Assembly (NCBI GenBank): GCA_013044245.1
Contig: JABEVK010000004.1
Location: 1,842-65,841 of the forward strand
Length of the DNA: 64,000 bases
From: Spirochaetales bacterium
GTDB taxonomy: Bacteria > Spirochaetota > Spirochaetia > JABEVK01
Direction: 5' to 3'
The notes beneath the pieces were generated by a model. The model searched no databases. It saw nothing but the letters and a program-made list of their open reading frames with translations, and was not told where the DNA came from. Made by a program: the position numbers and the translations under genes. Below, one piece after another: positions 17,103 to 26,753 of the stretch (within the stretch, counting starts at the first letter, position 1; the number at the start of each line of letters is the position of its first letter).

Positions 17103-17912
17103 TTAAGAAAACCCACGATCTTGGCGCAAGCGTTCATAGGCGTGTTGAAGATTGATAAACTTTTCAGTTTTTTGAGTTTTTGCCGGGTCATCATCTTTGA
17201 GGTGCTGCCAGCGATCGGGGTGGTATTCTCTCACCAGGGAGCGATAAGCTTTTTTAATTTCTTCAACAGTAGCTTGCGGGGATAAACCCAAAACCTGGTA
17301 GGCCTCTGGCCCAGCGGCCGACGCGGGGCGAAAGCTAGACCATTGTTGCTGGTAATTCTCTTGTGTTCGGGTGTTTTGAGAAAAACCCGCAGAGCCTGTG
17401 TCCTCAAGAATACCAAAGCTGAGGGCAATGGTATCGAGAATTTCAACAATTCCCAAGCGAACCTGACCAAGCCCGGCAAGCTGCCGACAGGTGGCATGTA
17501 TCCAAAGAAGGGTTTGCAGGTCAAGAAAGAAATTCTCAGCAAGATTTTCTGCCAATACACGCACATCAGTAAGCACCGTCGAGTCGGGACTGGCAAGAGC
17601 CTCGTCTAGCGACTCACGAAACATTTTTACGGCGTAGTTTTGTCGCCACGGCGAAAGATCCAGTCTGGGAATAACAATGGTCTGAAGAAACATCGCCTGG
17701 GCTTGGCTAAAGTGCTTTCCATAGCCCGCTACCCGACCAAATAACGAAAAAAGAAGGGGAATTAGGTCGTCGCTCTGACGGTCAGCCCCAAGACTCTGTC
17801 GTTCTAACAAGACATCAAACAGGTGACCAAGGGCTAAGCCTATGATAAGACCAAGGGGGCCAAAGGCAAAAAATCCTAGCAATAACCCCGTAATTTTGCC
17901 AAAAATATTCAC
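17103..17912 (-). CDS. DjlA-like membrane co-chaperone (TM anchor, TerB-like region, J domain)
   Basis: FGKITG...G..GHLFD anchor; YQVLGL, IKKAYR, YHPD. Confidence 0.85.
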   Translation of the reverse strand: MNIFGKITGLLLGFFAFGPLGLIIGLALGHLFDVLLERQSLGADRQSDDLIPLLFSLFGRVAGYGKHFSQAQAMFLQTIVIPRLDLSPWRQNYAVKMFRESLDEALASPDSTVLTDVRVLAENLAENFFLDLQTLLWIHATCRQLAGLGQVRLGIVEILDTIALSFGILEDTGSAGFSQNTRTQENYQQQWSSFRPASAAGPEAYQVLGLSPQATVEEIKKAYRSLVREYHPDRWQHLKDDDPAKTQKTEKFINLQHAYERLRQDRGFS

Positions 17913-17918
17913 CAAACT

Positions 17919-17947
17919 ATTCTAGCATGAACAAAAACTCAGGGCAA
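17919..17947 (-). promoter_or_regulatory. sigma70-type promoter, leaderless geometry
   Basis: TTGCCC-17nt-(TGc)TAGAAT-6nt-GTG(17912); no SD. Confidence 0.65.
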
Positions 17948-18037
17948 TTGAACAGAGCCTAATGATTAAAAACAGATCCGAGAGATTTAGCGGAGTCATC
18001 TTTCTTTTTTTGGAACTCTGTAGCATAATCTGAATCT

Positions 18038-18820
18038 ATGAGAATCATGGTCACTGGCAGTCATGGAACTGTGGGAAAGGCTCTGTGCTCATACTTAGAG
18101 CAAAAAGGGCACACGGTGGTAGCCTGGGATCGAAATTCGGTCTCGTTTACAGACTACTGGGCTATGGAAAACTACTTACGTTCCAGTCAGATTAAGGCTC
18201 TTTATCATCTGGCTGTTCCGTCCCAAAAAACTGGGTTGGCCAACGAAAGCTGGTTGGTGAACTATCAGTGGACGAGTGAGCTTGCTTGGTTATGCAAAGT
18301 TCTTGACGTCCAGTTTATCTTTATTAGTACTGTGATGGTTTTTTCGTCCCAAAGCCAGGGGCCTTTTACCGTAAACTCACCAGCTGATGCGGGTGATGGC
18401 TATGGGATGGAAAAACGTCTTGCTGAAGAACGGGTTTTTTACCAAAACCCCAGTGCCAAGGTTGTCCGCTTGGGGTGGCAAATTGGCGAATCACCCGGAA
18501 GTAATAACATGTTGGACTTTTTTGAGTCTAAGATGCAGGAAGAAGGCATTGTATCGTGTAGTACGCGCTGGCTACCGGCCTGTTCGTTCATCTCTGATAC
18601 CGTACAGGCGCTCGAGAATGTTCTTAGCCAAGGATCCGGCTTGTACCTGTTTGACACCAACGAAAAATGGAATTTCTATCAAATAGCCTTTGCCTTGAAT
18701 CAAATTCATGGAAAACGCTGGAAAATCACAGCAACAGATAAATTTGTGTTTGACCAACGCATGCAGGATGAACGATTTCCGCATTTCTCGCTACAGACTC
18801 ATTTACCGGTTCTCAAGTAG
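18038..18820 (+). CDS. Extended SDR, RmlD (dTDP-4-dehydrorhamnose reductase)-like
   Basis: VTGSHGTVG Rossmann motif, IST, YGMEK (YxxxK), VRLGW. Confidence 0.8.
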   Translation: MRIMVTGSHGTVGKALCSYLEQKGHTVVAWDRNSVSFTDYWAMENYLRSSQIKALYHLAVPSQKTGLANESWLVNYQWTSELAWLCKVLDVQFIFISTVMVFSSQSQGPFTVNSPADAGDGYGMEKRLAEERVFYQNPSAKVVRLGWQIGESPGSNNMLDFFESKMQEEGIVSCSTRWLPACSFISDTVQALENVLSQGSGLYLFDTNEKWNFYQIAFALNQIHGKRWKITATDKFVFDQRMQDERFPHFSLQTHLPVLK

Positions 18821-18842
18821 GTGTGGGGGCGTCAAGTAGCCC

Positions 18843-19664
18843 TTATCGAAGATAGATGCCATCGGGTTCGAGTCGAATTACTTTTTCGCGAAAAAGGGTG
18901 CCGCAGGCTTGTTTAAAGGCTCGTTTTGAAAGTCCTAAAGCATTTTCAACAGATTCAGGTGTCGATTGGTCCGTTAACGGCAAATGCCCACCAGCGTTTT
19001 TTAACGCCGTAAGGAGTTTCTCAACGGCGTAGGCGTTGCGATCTTCAAACCCCTGAGGAGTTCGACTCAGGTCCAGGCGGCCATCCTCTCGACGTGAGGT
19101 CACAAACGCTTCCACCTTCATACCGGGCTTTAAGTCTTGGCTTTGAGGAAAAAAAAGCATTCCTTGCCAACTATGATTCACAATGACTGTCCATCCGCGC
19201 TCATGAGCTTTCCATACAAGCACTTCTACCTTGGTTCCGTTCGCCAAAGCGGGAGCAGGAAACAAATGACGTCCCAAACGTGCTGTCGCGTACAAGCGGT
19301 CGGTTTGGTCGTCGAGAAGAAGCATAATCATCACAAAATCATCTTTTTTAAGGATCGTCCCTTGTTCTTTGCGAGGGAGCAGTAGATGTTTGTCTAAGCC
19401 CCAATCTAACCAAACTCCGGCTGAAGAAACATCAACAACTTTTAACCAAGCACAATGTTGTAACGTGACGAAGGGGGCCTGTACCGTGGCCGTTAGCCGG
19501 TCTTCGGAGTCACGGTAGATAAAAGCTGAGATCGTTTGACCATCGGTGTACTCCGGTCGAACTTCTTTGGTGGGGAGAAGAACCTCGCTATCGGAATCGC
19601 CCAACCATGCCCCATGAGTGGAGCGGCGTAAAAAGGTTAAAGTTTGATACTGACCAAGTTCCAT
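18843..19664 (-). CDS. cvfB: CvfB/YitL S1 RNA-binding protein
   Basis: MELGQYQTL, FIYRDSEDRL, LDWGLDKHLL, GLSKRAFKQACGTL. Confidence 0.88.
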   Translation of the reverse strand: MELGQYQTLTFLRRSTHGAWLGDSDSEVLLPTKEVRPEYTDGQTISAFIYRDSEDRLTATVQAPFVTLQHCAWLKVVDVSSAGVWLDWGLDKHLLLPRKEQGTILKKDDFVMIMLLLDDQTDRLYATARLGRHLFPAPALANGTKVEVLVWKAHERGWTVIVNHSWQGMLFFPQSQDLKPGMKVEAFVTSRREDGRLDLSRTPQGFEDRNAYAVEKLLTALKNAGGHLPLTDQSTPESVENALGLSKRAFKQACGTLFREKVIRLEPDGIYLR

Positions 19665-19673
19665 GGTGTTACC

Positions 19674-21641
19674 TCATAATAATTGAAGGGGATCGATGTC
19701 GACTTCGATGTGGACATCGCGTGAGACTCGAATCTTTTCTAAAGCAGTTTTCGCTGCCGTATGCAACAAAGGAAAATGATGTGCTCGCAAGAGTACTTGA
19801 TAACGGTATTGAGCGGACTGCTTAGCAATCGCACATTCTGACGGTCCCAAGATTTCTCCTCCTTCAGCTCGAAACCAAGAGTTCTGCCCTAGCTCCTCCG
19901 CCAAGTTTAGGGCGGCCTTTTGGGCCAAAGTGTCTTGAAATGAACGAACAACAAAACGGATAAGGCGTGAATATGGGGGGAAATCCAAGAGTTTCCTCAG
20001 GGAAAGCTCCTGCTTCCAAAATTCCTCGTCCTGGCCTTCGGCTGCCCAGCGAATAACGGTGTTGTCTGGTCTTGAACTTTGAAGAATGACGAGTCCGTCG
20101 GGGTGTGTTCGACCGGCACGTCCCGTCACCTGACGAATCAAAGCATACACACGTTCTGAGGCACGAAAATCAGGCAAAGAAAGCCCGGCTTCAGCATTCA
20201 GAATTCCCACCAGTTTTACTCGCGGAAAGTCGAGACCTTTGGCAACCATCTGTGTACCAACGAGAATATCCACCTTGCCTTGGCCAAACTCCTCGAGTAG
20301 TCTGGGGGTATCTGCGCCGGCTGTATCACTATCGACGCGGGCGGACCGTAAGCGAGGAAATAACCTGGTAAGGTCATCCATCACATGTTCTGTTCCTGGA
20401 ACGCGCCATCCTACATCTAAGGAACCACAATGAGGACATATCGAAACCGGGGCTGTTTGATAACCACATAAATGACAAACCAAAACACCTCGGGCTTTAT
20501 GCCAAGTGAGGCTCACAGAACAATGCCGGCATAAAAGATCTTCACCGCAGGTACGGCAATGAAATGAAGAACCGTAACCCCTCCTATTCAAGAATAAAAT
20601 ACTTTGGCGACCTTCGATCGCTGTCTGATGAATTGCCTCAATCAGTGGTGCCGAAAATAGACTCTTAGGATCCCGAGGAACGATGAGTACCCGCGGAGGA
20701 GCACCACCAGCGGCTCGTTGAGTAAGGCGGGCATGGGCGAAGGTTTTATTTAAAAGGGCATGATACGATTCTAAGCTGGGTGTTGCACTGCCCATCACCA
20801 GTTTGGCACCGGATTTTTGTGCTAAGTAAAAGGCGATCTGTCGGGCGTGGTAGCGGGGCGTTTGCCCAGATTTGTAGCTTGTTTCGTGTTCTTCATCGAT
20901 AATGATCAAACCCAAATTTTGAAAAGGGGCAAAGATCGCACTTCGAGCTCCAACTACCAGCCTGGCTTGTTCGGTTTGAATTTTACGCCATTCCCCTAAG
21001 CGTTGAGCGGGGGTTAAGGCTGAATGCAAAATCGCTACTTGTGAGCCAAATCTTTGCCGTAAAATCTTTACCAATGGCCATGTCAGAGCGATTTCAGGAA
21101 CCAAGTAGAGCACCTGTTGTCCCGCTTCGAGGATCGTATTCGCAGACTGCAAAAAAACCTCAGTTTTTCCGGTGCCTGTTAACCCCCACAGATAAAAGGG
21201 ACGATCGCTTGCTAAAATGGCTTGACGAGCCTTGAGCTGTTCGTTGTTGAGAGTCAGCTGATGAGCGGCGATTGACACAACCTCGGGAAAAGGAACCTCA
21301 CGTTTTCGCTGAGCAGACGGAAGCATTAAGGCCAAGGCTTGCCCTAGGCGACAGAGATATTGCCGACTCATCCATTGAGCCAAGTCCAAGGACCATCGAC
21401 CAAAGAGCGACTCTTCATCAAGAATTTTTTTGAGAGGTTTGATTTCGATTCCCTCGGGGGGCGTCACAGGAGAAGCTATGACGACGCCTGTCTTGTGGCC
21501 GCGGCCAAACGGCGCTTGAACTCTTTGTCCGGGAACTAAGACGGCACCCTTGACAGCGTACGTGAAGTTCTGCGCCATCGGGAGATCGAAGGCTACTTCG
21601 CAGTATAAGAGATTGTTATCGTTTGAGCTTTCAGTGGTCAC
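19674..21641 (-). CDS. priA: Primosomal protein N' (replication restart helicase)
   Basis: GLTGTGKTEVF, DEEH, SATPS, four CxxC pairs, GTQMVAKG, QVTGRAGR. Confidence 0.97.
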   Translation of the reverse strand: MTTESSNDNNLLYCEVAFDLPMAQNFTYAVKGAVLVPGQRVQAPFGRGHKTGVVIASPVTPPEGIEIKPLKKILDEESLFGRWSLDLAQWMSRQYLCRLGQALALMLPSAQRKREVPFPEVVSIAAHQLTLNNEQLKARQAILASDRPFYLWGLTGTGKTEVFLQSANTILEAGQQVLYLVPEIALTWPLVKILRQRFGSQVAILHSALTPAQRLGEWRKIQTEQARLVVGARSAIFAPFQNLGLIIIDEEHETSYKSGQTPRYHARQIAFYLAQKSGAKLVMGSATPSLESYHALLNKTFAHARLTQRAAGGAPPRVLIVPRDPKSLFSAPLIEAIHQTAIEGRQSILFLNRRGYGSSFHCRTCGEDLLCRHCSVSLTWHKARGVLVCHLCGYQTAPVSICPHCGSLDVGWRVPGTEHVMDDLTRLFPRLRSARVDSDTAGADTPRLLEEFGQGKVDILVGTQMVAKGLDFPRVKLVGILNAEAGLSLPDFRASERVYALIRQVTGRAGRTHPDGLVILQSSRPDNTVIRWAAEGQDEEFWKQELSLRKLLDFPPYSRLIRFVVRSFQDTLAQKAALNLAEELGQNSWFRAEGGEILGPSECAIAKQSAQYRYQVLLRAHHFPLLHTAAKTALEKIRVSRDVHIEVDIDPLQLL

Positions 21642-22267
21642 GCAACCACCGATTTTAATTTGGCAACTAATCGTTGAGCATCACGCCATACATGTGCTTT
21701 TAAACTGGCTAGCGCTGGTGATTCAGGGGGAAGACTCAGTAAGGCCGACGGATGGTACGTAGTAATTAAAGGGGTTTTTGCGAAAGGAAACTCGCCAGAT
21801 CGTAACGTGTCTATGCTAGAAGGCGCATGAAGAAGCTTAGCGGCTGGTTGGGGGCCTAAGCAAAAAATGACTTGCGGTTTGAGTTGTTCTATGAGATTAG
21901 TAAAATACACTCGCGAATCATCGTCGGTTAGGGGCGGCCAGAGGTGGATGAGAAATGTTTGATTAAAAGATACCCGCAATTTGTCGTTCTCGAACCACTT
22001 TCGAGCATAATGGTTTTCTTCAGGCGTCAAGGAATCAGTCACTAAAAGAACGGGAGCTGACACTGAGCCTTCCCAGGCTGGCCAATTCGTCCCAGGGGGA
22101 ATTTTGTCTGCCCAGTCTTTGAGGAAATCGGCGAGTGAGCCCCCAGAGGTTTCCGAAAATGCAGGGATCTTGGCTAAAAAGCCTTCCGTTTGGAGTAGGG
22201 CTTGAATCTGAAAGGTCAGATCCCAAAGAACGGTCTCGGGAGCGTTAGAGGCAAAATTCATGGGCAT
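21638..22267 (-). CDS. Degenerate uracil-DNA glycosylase family-4-like protein
   Basis: C-terminal PQVIFCLG, TYHPSALL, KAHVWRD; no GEAPG motif or Fe-S Cys set. Confidence 0.6.
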   Translation of the reverse strand: MPMNFASNAPETVLWDLTFQIQALLQTEGFLAKIPAFSETSGGSLADFLKDWADKIPPGTNWPAWEGSVSAPVLLVTDSLTPEENHYARKWFENDKLRVSFNQTFLIHLWPPLTDDDSRVYFTNLIEQLKPQVIFCLGPQPAAKLLHAPSSIDTLRSGEFPFAKTPLITTYHPSALLSLPPESPALASLKAHVWRDAQRLVAKLKSVVA

Positions 22268-23003
22268 GATACACCACCTTGTGCAAAAAAAGACCCTCTG
22301 CCGGTGCGGTTGGACCAGCCATTCTGCGGTCCCGGGAAGCCAAGGCTTCGGCAAAACGAGTCGCAGGCTCAGGTCTACTGCCAAACGTTAACATGGTTCC
22401 GACAAGTGATCGCACCATTCTCCATAAAAAAGCATTCCCGGCAATCCGGAAAACAACACGGTCACGCCAAGCAAACCACGTAGCCTGGTAGATAAAACGA
22501 CTGCGTGACTGACTGGGGTCTTGAGCATGACTGAAGGTTGTAAAATCCTGTTCACCATGGAGCTGATGCGCCATAGCGTTTAAGGTTGCTAAAGGGGGAA
22601 TTTTTGCAGGGGTGACCCAGGCACGATCCCAGGGAAGGATTACTTCACTGGGTTGCAGGTAGTACTGGTAAACCCGTGCGAGAGCAGAAAATCGGGCATG
22701 AAAAGTTTCGCTGACTTCTTGGCAGGAAAGGACGCGGATTGACCGGGGCAAAAGACTGTTAAGCCCACGTTGAAACGCCAAGCCGTTCATTCTTGTGTTG
22801 ACAGCATCAAAGTGAGCTGTTTGGGAGCGAGCATGAACACCCGAGTCCGTTCGTCCTGCCCCAACGAGGTTGATCGGTTGATGTAACAGCCTGCTCAAGG
22901 CTTTTTCAAGTTCATCTTGAATCGTTCTGGCTTCAGTTCGCTGGCTTTGCCAGCCCTCGTAGGGTGTTCCATCATACGCAAGGTTGAGTCGAAATCGCTT
23001 CAT
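22245..23003 (-). CDS. truA: tRNA pseudouridine(38-40) synthase
   Basis: AYDGT, GWQ, GRTDSGVHA, FHARFSA, FLWRMVR, TAPAEGL. Confidence 0.97.
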   Translation of the reverse strand: MKRFRLNLAYDGTPYEGWQSQRTEARTIQDELEKALSRLLHQPINLVGAGRTDSGVHARSQTAHFDAVNTRMNGLAFQRGLNSLLPRSIRVLSCQEVSETFHARFSALARVYQYYLQPSEVILPWDRAWVTPAKIPPLATLNAMAHQLHGEQDFTTFSHAQDPSQSRSRFIYQATWFAWRDRVVFRIAGNAFLWRMVRSLVGTMLTFGSRPEPATRFAEALASRDRRMAGPTAPAEGLFLHKVVYHAHEFCL

Positions 23004-23851
23004 TCGTCTTTGATCGCCTCGCCCATCAACTTATGTAAATCCTTGGCCTTATCGATAAGAGCAGAAGGCTTTGCTTTAGAGGATTTTCCCATCCCTACTA
23101 ATCGAGCGATAGCACGTCGAGCGGTGGCCAAAGATTCTGCTCGTGCCGCTTCATTTTCACGGTTTCCAAAGTGAAATTCTAACCAGCCGGTCAGATACAT
23201 GACTCCATCATATCCGTAATTATTATCAACGTCTGGACCAAAGAACATCGATGCGTTGACAGTTTCATCACCACTCTGTTCTTTTTCAACGGTTTGTGTA
23301 TAAAAGAATTTGGCTTTATGGTACAGAATTTTTTCAAGGTAATCCCAGTTCTCGCTGGGGTATTTTTTGTGCAGATCAGCAAAGCACCACGCCCCGCGTA
23401 AAGCGCAGATCGCAGACTTGACCGTTGGTGAAAATGTGTTAGTAAAGTGATTGTAAGTCATCAGACATAGAAGGTATCCGGCTGCGCCCTCATACAGGGT
23501 TTTAGGGTGTTCAAAGTCAAGATCGTCAAACAGAGGGTCAACGAACTTTTTGCGTTCCTCCTCTTCGGCCCGAAGTGCATCAATGGCCTTGGGGTCAGGA
23601 GTTAAAAAATCGCTGGACAAGGCAGAATAATAACAGCGAGGACAAGTGAGAACCGAATAGATGAGAGGGTATATTTCACCAAACTTCTTCGAAGCCTCAT
23701 AGAAACGTCGCAAGTCATCACCAAGGGGACCCGCTATTTGCCGACCTCCGCCTTGACGTAGTTCTTCCTTTTTAAAAGGAGCTTCACAAATGGGGCACAA
23801 GGTGTCATTTTTCTGAAAAAACGTTAGCTTACTTACAGAGGGATCCGACAT
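23000..23851 (-). CDS. DUF2225-family zinc-ribbon protein
   Basis: CPIC and CPRC pairs; C-terminal GKSSKAKPS; position between acpS and truA. Confidence 0.8.
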   Translation of the reverse strand: MSDPSVSKLTFFQKNDTLCPICEAPFKKEELRQGGGRQIAGPLGDDLRRFYEASKKFGEIYPLIYSVLTCPRCYYSALSSDFLTPDPKAIDALRAEEEERKKFVDPLFDDLDFEHPKTLYEGAAGYLLCLMTYNHFTNTFSPTVKSAICALRGAWCFADLHKKYPSENWDYLEKILYHKAKFFYTQTVEKEQSGDETVNASMFFGPDVDNNYGYDGVMYLTGWLEFHFGNRENEAARAESLATARRAIARLVGMGKSSKAKPSALIDKAKDLHKLMGEAIKDE

Positions 23852-23853
23852 CG

Positions 23854-24222
23854 TTACAGCTCCATGACGACAAATGCTACGGCATATTCTTTTTCATGCG
23901 AGAGTGAGAGATGAACGTGAGAAATTTTCTGACGCTTTAATACCTCTGCAGCTTTACCGGTAAGCACGAGAAAAGGTTTTCCGTCAGCCCCCCGTTGGAC
24001 TTCGATGTCTCGTAAGGGTAAGCCCCTCAATCCAGAGCCTAAAGCTTTTCCAAAGGCCTCTTTGGCGGCGAACCGAGCGGCCAAAGAAGCTTCAGGATGC
24101 GCACTAGCCTGGACATCACGGATTTCATGAATAGTAAAATACCGTTCCAAAAGTTGAGGCTGAGAAAGCCAAGGCAGCAAGCGCCGGTTTTCGACAAGAT
24201 CAATACCAATTCCCGTGATCAT
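23854..24222 (-). CDS. acpS: Holo-[acyl-carrier-protein] synthase
   Basis: GIGIDLVE, ARFAAKEA, GKP, LSLSHE. Confidence 0.96.
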   Translation of the reverse strand: MITGIGIDLVENRRLLPWLSQPQLLERYFTIHEIRDVQASAHPEASLAARFAAKEAFGKALGSGLRGLPLRDIEVQRGADGKPFLVLTGKAAEVLKRQKISHVHLSLSHEKEYAVAFVVMEL

Positions 24223-25163
24223 GGTTTTTTCTCCAAAATGAGGTTAATCACTGCAGGCATGACCTCGACAAGATCAACACCGGGGGGCAGAAGCACGCGG
24301 ATCGGCACATCCACCGCTTCACCGGGTCCATTAAAGTTGGTTACGTCAGCTTCAACATGTACTTTTTCAGCTCCAAGGCCAGCTAGTGCTTGCCTGGTAC
24401 CCCTAACGCGGACAGCAACGGGAGAAGGGGGAATCGTTACTTCAAGACCAGAAACGAGGCCGACAATTTGCGGTTGAAGGCTAGGGAAAGTCATGGTTTG
24501 TAACGAGGACTTCATTTTACCATAGACCTCAACAGAATGTCCTAAAGGAAAGTCTAAGAGCGAAGAATTGAGGACCAAATGAACTTTGATCGTAAAATTG
24601 TCGGTTTTTCCTCGTAAGTCGATGGGTTCGGTTTCAACGAACTTGAGTTTACCCATGCGTACCCGAGGACCTTCTACCGTAATACGCGAAGGCGAAACAT
24701 TGAAGCCAGAAAGCTCAAAATCTTTGCCTGGTTGACCAGAGAATTGGGGGACCACGGGAACTGTTTTTATAACTTTTCGCTCCAGACGTAAGCGAAGCAT
24801 CATGGGGTCAGCAACTATTTCGAGGTTTTCTAGGTCGGCGGCATTACCTCGTCGTCGAATTTGCACGGGAGCACGGTAAATACCTTCGCCCGAGCGGTCG
24901 GAAAAGTCAGCTACTGCTTCAATTTCATGTTCCGAAAGGGCAGACAGCTCATCTTTAGGGCCTCGTATGGTGAGTTTGACACGTGAAGTCCAATTTTCAG
25001 CGGGGACGAGCGAGGTGTCGGTGATCAATCGCACGGGTACCGTGATATTCTTTTCACCTAAGGTGTCGATGCGGTTATAAAAAAAGAGTAAAAGCGCCGC
25101 CGCTACTGAGAGGATCTTAGCCGGCCATTGATCTAAAATTTTTTTCCAGGGAATCTTATCCAA
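24219..25163 (-). CDS. cdaR: CdaR/YbbR-domain membrane protein (three YbbR-like repeats)
   Basis: WPAKILS..A..L TM anchor, repeated V.V.G motifs; follows cdaA; TTG start after GGGGGAG. Confidence 0.8.
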   Translation of the reverse strand: MDKIPWKKILDQWPAKILSVAAALLLFFYNRIDTLGEKNITVPVRLITDTSLVPAENWTSRVKLTIRGPKDELSALSEHEIEAVADFSDRSGEGIYRAPVQIRRRGNAADLENLEIVADPMMLRLRLERKVIKTVPVVPQFSGQPGKDFELSGFNVSPSRITVEGPRVRMGKLKFVETEPIDLRGKTDNFTIKVHLVLNSSLLDFPLGHSVEVYGKMKSSLQTMTFPSLQPQIVGLVSGLEVTIPPSPVAVRVRGTRQALAGLGAEKVHVEADVTNFNGPGEAVDVPIRVLLPPGVDLVEVMPAVINLILEKKP

Positions 25164-25962
25164 CAAACTCCCCCTTTTCTGTCGGTTCTTCTTCGTCCTT
25201 AAACTCGAGAAGCTCTTTGAGTCGACGCCGGGCTTCTTCAGGGGAAAGATCATAATGAAGCGCACCGTTGTACGCCAGAGACAAGGCACCGGTTTCCTCA
25301 GAAACAACGACGGTCACAGCATCGGACTCTTCGGCCATCCCTAAAGCCGCTCGGTGCCTGGTTCCAAAGCTTTTCGAAATGGTCGTATTTTCAGAAAGCG
25401 GATAAAAACAACCAGCTGAGACGAGCCGTTCCCCCTGAATAATGGTGCCACCGTCATGAAGAGGCGTGTCAAAGCTAAAGATGGTCAGAAGAAGGGCGGA
25501 TGTGAGTTCAGCGTCCATTGGTGTGCCTCGATCTACAATATTTTTCAAACCCACTTTGCGAATAAAAGTAATCAAAGCACCACGACGCATCTGGGATAGT
25601 TCCAGACAGGCGGTCAGAACCGCATCAACATGCTGGGCTTTGGGGCGCGACTGGGGGGTGAACCATCCCCCTTGTCCAATTTGGGTAAAGATTTTTCGCA
25701 GCTCTGGCTGAAAAACGATGGCCAAGCCGACAAAAATTCCCGGTGCTAAAAAGTTAAGGATCCAGGTGAGGGTATCGAGCTTGAGGCCAACTGCCAAAAG
25801 GTAGATAACCACCATAAAAAAAATGCCACGAAGAAGGGGGATTGCTCGAGTCTGGTAGAGAATGCGATAGGCTTTGTAAAGTAAAAAAGAAAGTACCCCG
25901 ACGTCCAGAACAGGCCGCAGGATCATTTTGACAACCCAGGAGTTTAGAATCCAGTCCATCAA
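25156..25962 (-). CDS. cdaA: Membrane diadenylate cyclase (c-di-AMP synthase)
   Basis: Three TM helices, FQPELR, PLHDGG, GTRHRAALG, VSEETG. Confidence 0.95.
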   Translation of the reverse strand: MMDWILNSWVVKMILRPVLDVGVLSFLLYKAYRILYQTRAIPLLRGIFFMVVIYLLAVGLKLDTLTWILNFLAPGIFVGLAIVFQPELRKIFTQIGQGGWFTPQSRPKAQHVDAVLTACLELSQMRRGALITFIRKVGLKNIVDRGTPMDAELTSALLLTIFSFDTPLHDGGTIIQGERLVSAGCFYPLSENTTISKSFGTRHRAALGMAEESDAVTVVVSEETGALSLAYNGALHYDLSPEEARRRLKELLEFKDEEEPTEKGEFVG

Positions 25963-26753
25963 ACAGTCCCCTTTGTTAAGGCTTGAAAGACAGTGAGTGC
26001 GCCTACCGTTTCAGGGACGTCGTGAACCCGGATTAGGTCAGCACCTTGAATCAGGCAGGCTAGAGCACCGGCAAGCGATCCCGCTAGGCGGTCCTCAGGT
26101 TGAACTCGTAATAAATCGCCGATCAGCGACTTGCGTGAAAGACCAACAAGGACAGGAAAGCCTAAACGTTTGAGCTGCGGAAGAGCCCGAATCAGGTCGA
26201 TATTGTGGTCTTTTGTTTTTCCAAAACCAATACCAGGATCAAGCACAATTTGTGAAGCTGAAATACCAGCCGCCAGAGCGCGGTCAACGGCCTCACTTAA
26301 AAAGTCACACACTTGTTGAACCACGTCTCTGTACTGAGGTGACAACTGCATGGTCTTGGGGGTTCCGGCCGAATGCATCAAGACAACGGTCATACCGCTG
26401 TCAGCGGCAAAAGCAGCCAGATTCGGGTCGTCTCGCAACGCTGAAACATCGTTGATCCACGTTGCACCCTCTCTCCAGGCGGCTTGTGCGACAGAATATT
26501 TTCGGGTATCGACAGACAACGGCAAGCGGCAACCAGACTTTCGGATGGCCTGGAGCACGGGGATGACCCGAGCCAATTCCGTTTTATCATCGACATAGGC
26601 AGTACCAGGACGGGTGGATTCTCCCCCGATGTCAAGAATGTCTGCCCCTGTGCATTCCATGAACAAAGCTCGTTCAGCCGCTTCTTCGGGCTCTGTACGG
26701 CTGGCCGCAAAAAAACTATCTGGCGTAGCATTAAGGATACCCATTACCTTCAT
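25959..26753 (-). CDS. folP: Dihydropteroate synthase
   Basis: MGILNATPDSF, DIGGESTRPG, INDVS, DPGIGFGK, SRKS, RVHDV. Confidence 0.97.
   Translation of the reverse strand: MKVMGILNATPDSFFAASRTEPEEAAERALFMECTGADILDIGGESTRPGTAYVDDKTELARVIPVLQAIRKSGCRLPLSVDTRKYSVAQAAWREGATWINDVSALRDDPNLAAFAADSGMTVVLMHSAGTPKTMQLSPQYRDVVQQVCDFLSEAVDRALAAGISASQIVLDPGIGFGKTKDHNIDLIRALPQLKRLGFPVLVGLSRKSLIGDLLRVQPEDRLAGSLAGALACLIQGADLIRVHDVPETVGALTVFQALTKGTV

Noticed and set aside
25164..25307. N-terminal extensions in the ORF track (cdaR; likewise 7611, 10016, 22384, 28405, 58623)
   Set aside because: They overlap upstream genes or promoters; downstream starts fit RBS/promoter positions and family N-termini better.
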